From positions 7,149 through 71,148 of the forward strand of contig MCFE01000462.1 of NCBI GenBank assembly GCA_002104905.1: a stretch of 64,000 nt of DNA. The letters are read 5' to 3'. Under the pieces are notes generated by a model. It saw only the letters and a list, made by a program, of their open reading frames with translations, did no database searches and was not told where the DNA came from. Position numbers and translations under genes: made by a program. The DNA comes from Basidiobolus meristosporus CBS 931.73. Lineage: Eukaryota > Fungi > Basidiobolomycota. Below, piece by piece: positions 40,333 to 51,244 of the stretch; the stretch's first letter is position 1; each line of letters opens with the position of its first letter.

Positions 40333-41148
40333 GGTGAGTAATAGTACGAGTCGCCCCTATCACTACTGTTTTGGGTGTTAAGTGCCTCTGATAAAGATGG
40401 GATAGCCGATGTTAGTAAATTTCGAGAAGCAAATAAGAAATGTCAGGCATGTGGCCTCTTCTGTTGTCTTGGTCACTCGCAGTATCTTAGAGCCTTTGAG
40501 GGAGACGCGTCAAAGGGAATCTAGGATCACAAGATTAAGGAATCGGACAGATTTCAGGCTCACAGATAAGAAAATATATGTACTCAGCAGGATACAGGGA
40601 GTGTTGTAGGCGCTGAAGGGCCAGAATACAGCAAGTATATGAATCGGAATTTTTCTTGAACTCTGGTCGCTGGATAAAGTTCTTTACAAGTAATATCGAG
40701 GATGACCAAGCATGTCAGCAGGCATTTAACTAGCGAAGCATTGATGGATTTCCAAATTCGGCCGAATAAGAGGAACTGGAATATCTAGATTTCGCAATTT
40801 CTTGACTAGATTTTACCAGCAGCCAACAACCAACAGCTAACGATCAACCACCAACCACCAGCCCCAGCTATTTCTATCGAACCCCACCTGTTCCCGTAGA
40901 AGGCTTGCTGCAGCGGAGATGCTTTGATTCCGTGGATGGTCTACCAGATATCAACTCCCAAATACCGGCCACTACTGGGCTAGATTTGTTGATCAAATTA
41001 TTGTTTACCACAATTAACCACTACTAGTAGGCGGGAAATCAAAACATGTGTCATATCATAACAATTTCCTATTTATCAAGGTTACCACGTCGCTCCCTCT
41101 CCTTGCCGTTTCCTCATTTTTCTACTTTCTTTTTCATTGTATACGACT

Positions 41149-43359
41149 ATGCACCAAGCCCTAAGTCATTACCACGCTGATACAAGGGAGTCCGCTGCTG
41201 AGCAGCAGGTAAATCCTTAAGCTGCGCAAACCAAGTGCCGTGGTTTCCTCTAACCTCTTCTATATAGCTCAGGAGAGGTCTTGATCTGGTCCAGGAGGCC
41301 TTTGATAACAAAGTATTTCATATGACTGAGGAGGTTAATCACTGGAAACAATCCTCCAACACCCAAAAGCAGCAGGTACTCCTATTTGAACGAATCTCTC
41401 GAAAATACTAGGGCTCAACCGCTGTTTTTAGATAACTTTGCTTCAAAATGAAATCGAAGAGCTCAAGCTTAAGTTGGAGGAGTTGACGAAATCCTCCACC
41501 AGTGTGCTTGCTGAGAGGCGGGCCCTTATGGTATCCAGGAACGCTCTATTAGATAAATACAATACACTTCGCAAATGGGTGTGTGTGTTATGTTTATTCG
41601 TTGCACTCGAGGTTGAACTAACCGATAGTACGCACAACAGGCCCTTCAACTCGACTCTTTCAAGAAGGTATGTCTGTCTAGCGTTTTAGAGACGTCATTG
41701 GATTCTGACTGATTATGGTTATTTAGACTATATTCCAAATGCTGCAAGACGGTCCACAGGCTCCAATGTCTGTATCCGAGCTTGAGAAGACTTATTTTAG
41801 CGAGTTTGAGGGTGGATTAAGTAGTCACCTCGATGAAGAGATCGCACCAGTGGCCATTACCAATGCGCAGAAGGAAGAACAAGAGGCAGAGCCAGATAGC
41901 ATGTTCTTGGCTGAGTATATGGTAAGATGGAAAAATGGCAGACATGTCTGAATGCGCGCTAACCTTGCAATCAGGTCCCACATCACGAAGACGAACGACG
42001 CTACGAGGAGGATGCTTATCAGGAGTCAGCTCACCAGATGAGCTCGTTTTTGGGACATGACTCGGAAGTCGCAGAATATGAAACCCATGGCCAGTCACGT
42101 GGCTTGGTGGATAAGGAGCAGATAGAGCATGATGGCTTAGCTCGTAATGCAATTCATGTCAGTCTATCCCAACCCGAGCATTCTAGTTTCATGCCAGATA
42201 TCTCTGCCCAGCCCGAGAATGGATTCAAACCTTCCGTTCTAGGAGGCGAGTATGTTGCCAACTCAACCCCCCTCCATCATGACACAAGGGATGAGGCCGA
42301 ATCGTTTCTGGGCAACTTTTCCCTCCATTCCAATGCCAACTCTCGGGCCGAGTTGTCCAAATTAAGCTCCGGAAGAAATCCCCCAATCTACGACGACGAG
42401 GACAGCTCCAACGAGTCAGGAATTGCGATAAACTCCGACACCAACGACCAGGCCTCCGAGCCAGAAAACAACGATGCATCGACTGTGGAGAATTCCCAAG
42501 AGATCCCCGCCTTCGAGTCCTCACATCTATCAATGGAACGTAAGCCCACCAGCGAATCCAACAACGATGTGGACCAGCCCCTAGAACGCTCCATCAATCA
42601 GCACAGTTTTTCCGAACAAGCGAAATTGGAGAATGATCAGTCCTATCGCAACAACACTCCCCGTCGCCACCCAGGCTCACCCCATCAAGGGTCGATGCTA
42701 AATACCTCGGCCTCGAGCCATCGTAGTCAATCAAGGACCTCTCCTAGCCAGAACAACATGAATGGTACGCAGGGTTTGCGAACGCAATGCCGAATTAGAT
42801 CCACGAATACTAATTGATATGAACACAGGCTCTACATCTATGCCACACCAGCAATCACCTCGCTCCGCACAATCGCCCAACATTGGCCGAAGTAGCCAAC
42901 AGTAAGTTCATGAGTCTTCCGTCTGCATGGCTCCAACCCCAACCCTAACCCTAACCCCGCACAGTTTCATCCCAACAGTCGAACGAACACCAAACAACCC
43001 CTGTCAGATCCTATGTCAAAGCTGGCTCTCCGGATAGCGCCAGATTCTCGGATGTCTCCATCGGATCCATTCGGTCAACCACCTCCAGTGGAAGAAAAAT
43101 CACAAAGAAGGAAATCTACGCCGAGATCAAGAAAACGTTGGACCATCAACAGTTCTCGGAATTTGCCAAAAGTAAGCGGGGACTCTTTCCTTCCAAGCCA
43201 CCACCCAGTACTAACACTTTCCCTGTAGCCGTGGACGATCTGTACAGCCAGCGGATATCCCTTGCTCAAGCAGAGGACTGCATGAGGGAGCTCATCCAGG
43301 AGCCCTCCTTGCTAAGACTCATCCTAAAGATGTTACAAAAGCAGAAAACCACCGTGTAA
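41149..43359 (+). CDS. Multi-exon protein with N-terminal coiled coil, disordered middle and small helical C-terminal domain; resembles plant At4g15545/NAIP-type proteins
   Basis: Spliced reading: ..ERRALMVSRNALLDKYNTLRKWALQLDSFKKTIFQMLQ..; C-terminus KITKKEIYAEIKKTLDHQQFSEFAKTVDDLYSQRISLAQAEDCMRELI. The gene is well supported; the family call is from recalled motif similarity. Confidence 0.55.
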
Positions 43360-43898
43360 ACGGCTCCTCACCCTCACATCCTCACATCCACACATCCACA
43401 CATCCACACGCGCACTCACCTCATTGTTTGCACATCGGCTGATGGCTATTGGTATATACTCTCCTATAAATAAATGTACGTTTTGTTTCCAGCGACAAAT
43501 GCGTGATCCTCTATGCATGTATATATATGTAGTGATCGTCAGTCTAGTGGAAAGCCAGTGCCTAAAATGGAACTGATGCGTAGTACTTGTCCTTATGATG
43601 AACAATCCGACTCATGAGTCACTAGATGTCCACAACGTCCGTTCCACCTACACACCAACCCCATGCACATGACAATTGATCTTATCAATCAAATGCGAGC
43701 ATGCTGTCGGAATGGCCATGAAGTATAAATTAGCGTTGTGGTTCGTCAGCAGGAACATCCCGGTATCTGGGCATCCCCAAGAGTTGATTTAAGGTGTACT
43801 CATCTCCAACTTGGTCAATCTAATTATTGGGCTGAATGCTTCGATTTCCCTTCCTAACCCCGTCCAACAGGGCAACCATAAGCCAGGTTGCGTTGACC

Positions 43899-45195
43899 AT
43901 GAAGCACTCTCGGACACTAGTAGGTTATCCGGCAACTCCCCACCAGCCACACCCCTCCCAACTAATAGACTGCTTTTGATAGACCACGTTTGCCACCCAT
44001 CAGGCCCATTTCTACAACAACCGTGTTCTAGATAAATATATCTTACAACCTAGCAGAAAGTTAACCTTACGTCAATTGCTCTTCTATGGCCGGAATACTA
44101 ACCGAAGAACGAGTCGTAAACAGCGGTAATTATGTTAGAACCGAGCTTCCTGTGAGGTTGGCCCACAGAATCCGGGACATGCAGAATCTCCCCTTCATCA
44201 CAGCGACGAATCCTCACCTGGAAACAGTGTACAACCTCTACTGGCACGCGTTTGAAGCGTTTCGAAAGGTTCCCATGATCACGAACATGGCTGAGAACCA
44301 AGAATTCTGTGAACTCCTCAGAAGTGTGCAGGAGGAGCACCTGTATGTCATTCCGAAGCTGGCTATCTTCTGTTCGGAAAGCACCCCTTACCTGGGACGG
44401 ACAAAGATCGACCAGTTCATGAATGAAACTCTTCGTTCCCGGATTTCTCGTCGAGTACTAGCCGAACAGCACATCGCTATCTCTGAAGCCTTGAAGAATC
44501 CCAGTTTCGAACCCCAAGAGGATCACATAGGCATCGTCCGCCCGCGCTGTATTGCCCATGAGATTGTTCGGAAGTGTGCAGATCTGGCTAAGATGGAATT
44601 CAAACAAGCCTATGGGATTGCACCCGAAGTCCACATCAACGGACATCTAAATACTATCTTCCCATACATCCCAGATCATGTGGAATATATCATTCACGAG
44701 CTGCTAAAGAACTCCATTAGCGCGGTTCTTGATGAGCATGGCCACCGGGAGAATCTACCGGATATTGTTGTGACTATTTGCGAAGGAGAGAAGGACGTAA
44801 CCTTTCGGGTATCTGACCAGGGCGGAGGCATCCACCAAGAAGAGTTGGACACCATTTGGTCCTATGGATGTAACAAGCTCAAATCGGCCAATTTCCAGAA
44901 AGTCCCCAAGATGGCTGCCAAGATGGTTGAGAGTAGCAGGGCGGTATCGCCTCTGTTAAAGCTTGGAATCGGCCTACCGATGTCGAGGGTATTTGCCAAT
45001 TATTGGGGAGGGCGCCTTGATATGAGTACCATGGAAGGGTTTGGCACGGATGCCTACCTGCATCTCTGTAAATTGGGCAACTTGCCTGAGAACATCGATT
45101 TTGACGAACCCACGGGATATACAGGCCTGGAGGCCGCGGACAAGCTCGGGCTTGGTCAATCCACCGCTGTCTACAAAGGACGTTCCTACTCGTAA
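43899..45195 (+). CDS. Mitochondrial BCKDK/PDK-family protein kinase (start uncertain; +1 frame break at ~44095)
   Basis: HFYNNRVLDKY..LTLRQLLFYGR then LTEERVVNSGNYVRTELPVRLAHRIRDMQNLPF; HATPase motifs ELLKNS, VSDQGGGI, GIGLPMSRVFANYWGG, GFGTD. Confidence 0.9.
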
Positions 45196-45375
45196 TCGAA
45201 GTGTATAGTAAATAAGCGGAACTGCCGGCATCTCTAACCCATCATTGAAGCTTTTTATGATCCCAGCTTAATGTATTGTACAGGATCAGCATCCCAACAT
45301 AATCTAAGGTGCTAATTGGGGATAAGTTGAATTAAACTATTTATTAAATATTAAGGGCGATGTTCAAGTCTATAT

Positions 45376-45708
45376 TTAGGCGTGCATACAAGCCCACCAT
45401 CCACAGTAGTAACGCATATTCCAGAGGCGCTTGAGTAAACTTGGTTTTGCGTTGGTCTTGACGCAATCCCCCTGGACGCACGCACAGTTGACTTGAGAGA
45501 GAGACTGCGTTTCGGGTTGGTTGGGCACCTGCCAATTGCAACAGGTCAACTCTCCGCACTGTTTCATCGGCAGGTCGAGGGTGTTTGGATGGGTAGGGAC
45601 AAGGTGTCCATGCTCATTGGAGCTCATTTCGTATGTAGGTAAAGCCACACCAGTGTGGGTCAAAGTACAAAAAAGAATGGCTAAGAAGATAGCAGCGGTA
45701 GATCTCAT
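45376..45708 (-). CDS. Small secreted cysteine-rich protein (110 aa) with a KR dibasic site
   Basis: Signal-peptide-like MRSTAAIFLAILFCTLTHTGVALP; 8 Cys after the signal; uninterrupted ATG-to-TAA ORF. Confidence 0.7.
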   Translation of the reverse strand: MRSTAAIFLAILFCTLTHTGVALPTYEMSSNEHGHLVPTHPNTLDLPMKQCGELTCCNWQVPNQPETQSLSQVNCACVQGDCVKTNAKPSLLKRLWNMRYYCGWWACMHA

Positions 45709-46066
45709 GACTCGGAAAATGGGGAAAATGGGGAATACTGGTGATGGGAGTGAAGGGCCCTGATTTTATATGTTCTCCCTTTCATTCTAAGAATCTACTT
45801 GAAGGTGGTGAATTGCGCTTGAAAGAGCGCTCAAAGCAATTCGTTGTCAATCCTCTACCAGTTTCAACAAACTGCTTGTTGACTACAATAGGTGATTCCT
45901 AGAATCCATGGCATTTATCACTTGACACCAGTCTGGTTCCAAGATCTACGCACAATATGTTTCATCATTTTGGGTTGTTCCGCATCCGTGACGATCAGGT
46001 ACTCAATGGGAATAAATCCCGTCTACCGGTTGGACTCAGACAGAGCTCCTCTTACTTCAGGTGAAC

Positions 46067-47269
46067 ATGGTGGTTAACGCAACGATAGGTGCTCTGGTGT
46101 CCTCCGTAGGAAGAAACCTGGCTGATTCGCTTACACACAGCGTCAGCCCCACCGCGAATGTGCTGTTCTCCCCATTGTCCATATTTGCCGCGCTCTTCAT
46201 GCTCCTGTTTGGCACTGCCGAGAGAAGCCAGAGCCAGTCAGAGCTTCTACGCTTCTTCGGCTCCCCGGATACCCACAGCAGCTCGCTCCCTAACCTGGCT
46301 GAGTCCTTCCATAACTTCTTCCAGCCGTTGATGGGTGACCACGAGGGTGTCGGGCCATCCGAGGACCACAACGCCACCTTCCTGCTGGCCAACTCGCTGT
46401 GGGGAGAAGCATTCAAGCAAAGCTACGTTGACCTGAACAGGGAGAAACTCTTTGCCTCTGTATTCTCACAGACTCCCACCGCGACGAAGGTGAATCAATG
46501 GGTGGCGAAGAACACCAAGAACCATATCACCGGGATCCTTCCACCAGGATTTCGTCTGGATCCACAAAGCCTGTTGCTTGTGAACACAGTCTTCTTCCAT
46601 GGGATGTGGAAGAATGAGTTCAAGGCCAGTCGAACCACCTCGGAGGAGTTCCAGGTGCTGTCGGGAGCACCGATCAAGGTGAAGATGATGAACTCATTCC
46701 GGGAGAGGTGGGCCTATTCGGAGAGCGAGAAGTACCAGGTGCTGGATATGCCGTACACCGACGACCGGTTCGTGGCAACCGTAGTGCTACCAAGGGAGGT
46801 GCAATCCTTCGCCAGTTTCACCCACAGTCTCAGCGAAGAGGATTGGACCGATATTCTGGAAGGAGATAGGTATACACAGAAAGTGAACCTTCACCTACCG
46901 AAGTTCGACCTTGAGCAGGAGCTGAATCTCAACCAGGCGCTGCAGAAGGGAGGGGTCAGAGAGATATTCGGAAGCAGCGCCAGGCTTGACAATCTTTCGA
47001 AGTTCCGATGTATGTCAGCGATGTGCTGCACAAGTGTCGCATCGAGGTTAATGAAAAAGGTAACGGGAAAGTGAAGCAAGTATATCAGCATCCACTAACC
47101 TCTTTTTACAGGCTCCAAAGCGAGCGCAGCAACCGCGGTGGTCATTCAGGTGCTATCCTCGGCTAGACCAAAGCCAACACCGGAAATGCGATGTAATCGG
47201 CCTTTTTTGTTTGTTATTCGAACCAAAACCGGGGTTCCTATGTTCATTGCTTACATCGCCAAACCTTGA
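46067..47269 (+). CDS. Serpin copy 1 (intron 47060-47111; 1-nt deletion at ~46999 relative to copy 2; possible 14-codon upstream exon at 45957-45998)
   Basis: NVLFSPLSI, VNQWVAKNTKNHI, LLLVNTVFFHGMWK..F, VLDMPY, LPKFDLE, hinge EKGSKASAATAV, serpin signature MRCNRPFLFVI. Confidence 0.9.
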
Positions 47270-47424
47270 TTCTTTCTGAATAAATCCCTCCGATCCCTCC
47301 TTATAACAGACTGAGGGATATTCCAGAATATCTTAACAAGGAATCTCCGATTTTTTTTTCATTGATCCACTTGCTAAAAGTCATTCAGAAGAGCTTGGAA
47401 ACCTATTAACTACTCTTGCACACC

Positions 47425-47613
47425 ATGTCCCAACAAGCTCATCCCATGCGCATTGAGATCGTCTCAACCAAATCCCTTTCGACACACAGTGCTTCCAAGC
47501 GTATGAAGAACTTTCTCGCCGAAAACACAGCGGTCCATTCCCTCCCCAACTCAGTAGTGTACCAATTGAATGAGATCAATCGTGCCATCAAGAAACCCTC
47601 AAAGAAGGAGTAG
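47425..47613 (+). CDS. Small protein (62 codons), possibly RNA polymerase I subunit A14-like
   Basis: PMRIEIVSTKSLSTHSASKRMKNFLAEN..VVYQLNEINRAIKK has a layout like Rpa14 (P-x-x-I..FL..QL.RI.R); recalled similarity only. Confidence 0.4.
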   Translation: MSQQAHPMRIEIVSTKSLSTHSASKRMKNFLAENTAVHSLPNSVVYQLNEINRAIKKPSKKE

Positions 47614-47957
47614 CTCAGTGTCCTTAGCATATGTATATATAGCCAGTTAGACCAAATAGATTCTGATAGTTGCTTTCCACTGTTACCTGCCTGTTTCACC
47701 TGACAATAGAAACTTACATAAATATTCCACTTTCCGCAATTTAGTCATTAGAATTATTCCACTCTGCCAATATAATATTCACTGGTGATCGTACCCAATG
47801 ATTAGCATTTTGGGACCAATTTTTTTCTGGTTTCATTAATCTAAATGACCGGCTGGACGTGGAAGAATTTTTGAATAAAACCCTAGAGACTTGGGAAATT
47901 TGTTTGTACCGAAGGACGGCACTGGAAGCACTATATCCCTTGCCTTAGACTATTCCC

Positions 47958-50900
47958 ATGATGCAGTATTTAAGGCAGACGGCCCGACGTTCTCTCGTGA
48001 GCAATGTCTACTCTCACCTGGGTAGACGTGGAACAATGATTACCCGGCCTTTCAGTATACATAGACTTCAACAAGTGCAAAAGAGCTCTACTGTGGATTC
48101 AGACAGTCACAAATTACCGCAACCGGCAAACATAAAGCTCAAGAATGATTTCAAGCTGTCCGTGAACTTCCTGGCCAAATACAAAAACGCCATTCCTCCA
48201 TTTGGTTTCAATGGTCTTGGCGAGCTTGTTTATCGTAGAACATATTCGCGTTTAAAGACAAATGGCGAACGGGAGCAATGGTACCGTGGCATGCTTCGGG
48301 CTTTCAGGGACGCGCCTCTAACCATTTTGTTGTGCTGAAGGTGGGAGACAGTCGAGCGAGTGGTCAACGGAACCTACAATATTCAAAAGAAGTGGATTGA
48401 GCAGAACGACCTGGGTTGGGATGCTTACAAGGTATGACTCTCAAGTGTGTGGTCTGTGGGATGCATTTGCTGAAACCGCTATCACTTCACAAGGCCCAAA
48501 TGTCTGCGCAGCGAATGTACGATCGGATTTTCAATATGAAGTTCCTGCCTCCTGGCAGAGGTCAGTTTCGAGAGAGCTCTTCAGTTTCCCACAGCCCGTA
48601 TTGATAGTTTGTTACAGGATTGTGGGCCATGGGATCTCCCTTGACCGAGGAGCGAGGAATATTCGCTGCTTTAAACAATTGCGCTTTTGTCAGCACGGAG
48701 AGTATGTGGGATGGCAGGAATGCCCCCAGTCGTCCATTTACGTTTTTGATGGACGCCACCATGCTTGGGTAGGTTATCAAAAGCACAAGCCCCAGGGACA
48801 ACCACTCATTTCATCACAGTGTAGGAGTCGGCTTCGACACAAAAGGGGCCACTATAGCCGAAGAGCGCGGCAAAGTGGTTACCGAGCCCAATGTCTCCAA
48901 AGGCTCATTGGTCTACACCATCCCTGATTCCCGTGAAGGTAACGTTGATACGCTTGGGCACGTCTCAGTAGATTCTAATTCTGCGCAATGAAAGGTTGGG
49001 TCAGGTCGGTCGAGCTTCTTATAGACTCCTACTTCGATCCCAAGATGAGTTCCCCGGTAAGAATATGGTGATTTTCCGATAGCTCCCGTTCGTGCAACTC
49101 AACATCTGTCTTCTCAGGAGTTCAACTACGATCAAATCCGACCAGCCGGACTCCCAATCAAAGTAAGTTCCTACAACCCTCCTCGGCCCTCACGCAGGTG
49201 ATTTACTATTCCAACAACCGCAGGGATTTGGTGGCGTCTCTTCTGGACCAGGCCCATTGAAAGACCTTCACGATCATATTCGCGCGACTCTGAACAAAAA
49301 CGTCGGGGCTCCGTTGACCGTGACTTCCATCGTGGACTTGATGAACCTGATAGGGAAATGCATCGTGAGCGGCAACGTTAGAAGAACAGCAGAGATTGCT
49401 TTCGGCGACCCGATGGATGACGAATACATCGATCTGAAGAACTACGAAGTGAATCCGCACCGTAGCGAGTACGGCTGGACTAGCAACAATTCCGTAAGCG
49501 AGCATAGCCAAGCGTTCGTTGCTGCGTTGAGCTAACCCGTCGTGATGTAGGTCTTTGCTCAGCTTGGAATGGACTACACGAAGGTGTGCAGCCGTGTGAT
49601 CAAGAATGGAGAGCCAGGATTTGCGTGGCTGGAGAATGCTCGGAGCTATGGCCGAATGAGCGAGCCTATGGTACAGCACCTACTTCGATAGAGAACAAAT
49701 TCACAGCTTTGCTGACTTTATGCGTAGAACATGAAGGATGCTCGCGCTATGGGAGGAAACCCTTGCCTGGAGCAGACGTTGGAGTCCTTCGAATTGTGCT
49801 GCTTGGTCGAGGTGTTTCCATCCAACCACAATTCTCTAGAGGATTTCTTGGAAACGCTGGAGTCGGCATTTCTGTATGCAAAGACAGTCACCCTAGGCAA
49901 CACCCATTGGAAGGAAAGCAATCAGGTTATGCTCCGAAACCGACGCATCGGCACAGGGCTCAGCGGGATCGCTCAGTTCATCAGCAAGAGAGGTATTGTT
50001 TGTGGATCTTGTGGATGCATGGGGCAGTCGGAATAACCATATATGGTGTGCAGGCTTACATGAGTTCAAAAACTGGTGCGAGGAGGGATACAAGGCTGTG
50101 CAGCAAATCGACAAACAGTAAGTTCCAAGCCCCGCTGACTCCATCGCCCCAGGCTAATCGATCTCTCAGGGTTTCCGAGTGGTTCTGCATCCCACGCTCC
50201 ATCAAAACCACCACAGTGAAGCCAAGTGGCACCGTCTCTCTGTTGGCCGGCGGTTAGTCCAGACGTTAGTTGGAATGATGTGACAGGCGACTAAACCAGA
50301 TTCGTTGTGTAGCCACGCCTGGTATGCACTACCCTGAAAGCCGGTATTGCATTCGTCGTGTGAGGATAGCCAAGGGCTCGGAGATGATCAGTGCTCTGAA
50401 TAAGGCCGGGTACAAGATCGAGCAGGATGTTGGTATGTGGATGTGGGAACCTTCTTTGTCCAGCAGTTACCGACCTAACATGGATGTAGTTGAGCCGAAC
50501 TCTGTTGTGGTGGAGATCCCGATCGACCACGGGGACGGGCTTCGCGGTCTGAAGGAGGTCAGCATGTGGGAGCAGCTGAGCCTGGCCGCTTTCATGCAGA
50601 AGTACTGGTCCGATAACCAGGTCAGCTGCACCGTAACCCTCGACCCCACCCTCGAGGGACCCCATCTGAAGCACGCATTGGATTATTTCCAATACCAACT
50701 CAAAGGTACGTTTTCTTCTGGGCCACCGAACCTCCGCCGCTCTAACCCCGAGTGTAGGTGTCTCCTTCCTGCCGCGTCTGCCCCTGGGCGCCTATCCTCA
50801 GATGCCATATGAGGCCATAGATGAGGAGACTTACTATGAACTGACTTCGCGCATCTCCAACCCCACCCCACACTCCCCCAAGCCTCCACGCACCCACCAG

Positions 50901-51065
50901 AAGCTCTTGAAGCGCCTCGTGGCTGACGGTGGGGTTCAAATACCCAAGCCCGACTTCCGGCACGTCAAAGAGGAGGCCACGGACCCCGAGATGGAGCGCT
51001 ACTGCGACTCCAGTAGCTGTGTTATCGAATCAAGCCCACGCATCACCTCCAAGCCGGAACAATAG
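47958..51065 (+). CDS. nrdJ: Class II (adenosylcobalamin-dependent) monomeric ribonucleoside-triphosphate reductase, 15 exons, N-terminal presequence-like extension
   Basis: PFGFNGLGELVYRRTYSR, FLPPGRGLWAMG, ALNNCAFV, MLGVGVGFDTKG, GKCIVSGNVRRTAEI, GGNPCLEQTLESFELCCLVE, RNRRIGTG, TTVKPSGTVSLLAGATPGMH, WSDNQVSCTV, C-terminal YCDSSSC. All 14 GT-AG introns restore one continuous frame. Confidence 0.96.
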
Positions 51066-51244
51066 CCCCGTTATATCTGATATCTCGTTGTACCAATAGA
51101 AGTGATTTCAAGTATCTCAATAAAGCCAACTGCCCCGCCACGCTCACAACGGTCCGAATGGTGTGTAGATGATTATATTGTACGGTTTATTACTACTCAA
51201 AGATATACACTCTGTTTCATGATACATACGATGCTGGTTATGCT

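Noticed and set aside
42932-42958. CCCTAA telomere-like repeats (also TTAGGGTTAGG at ~29641)
   Set aside because: Only two units; the first lies in an intron and supplies the CTAAC branch point. No evidence for a telomere or healing site.
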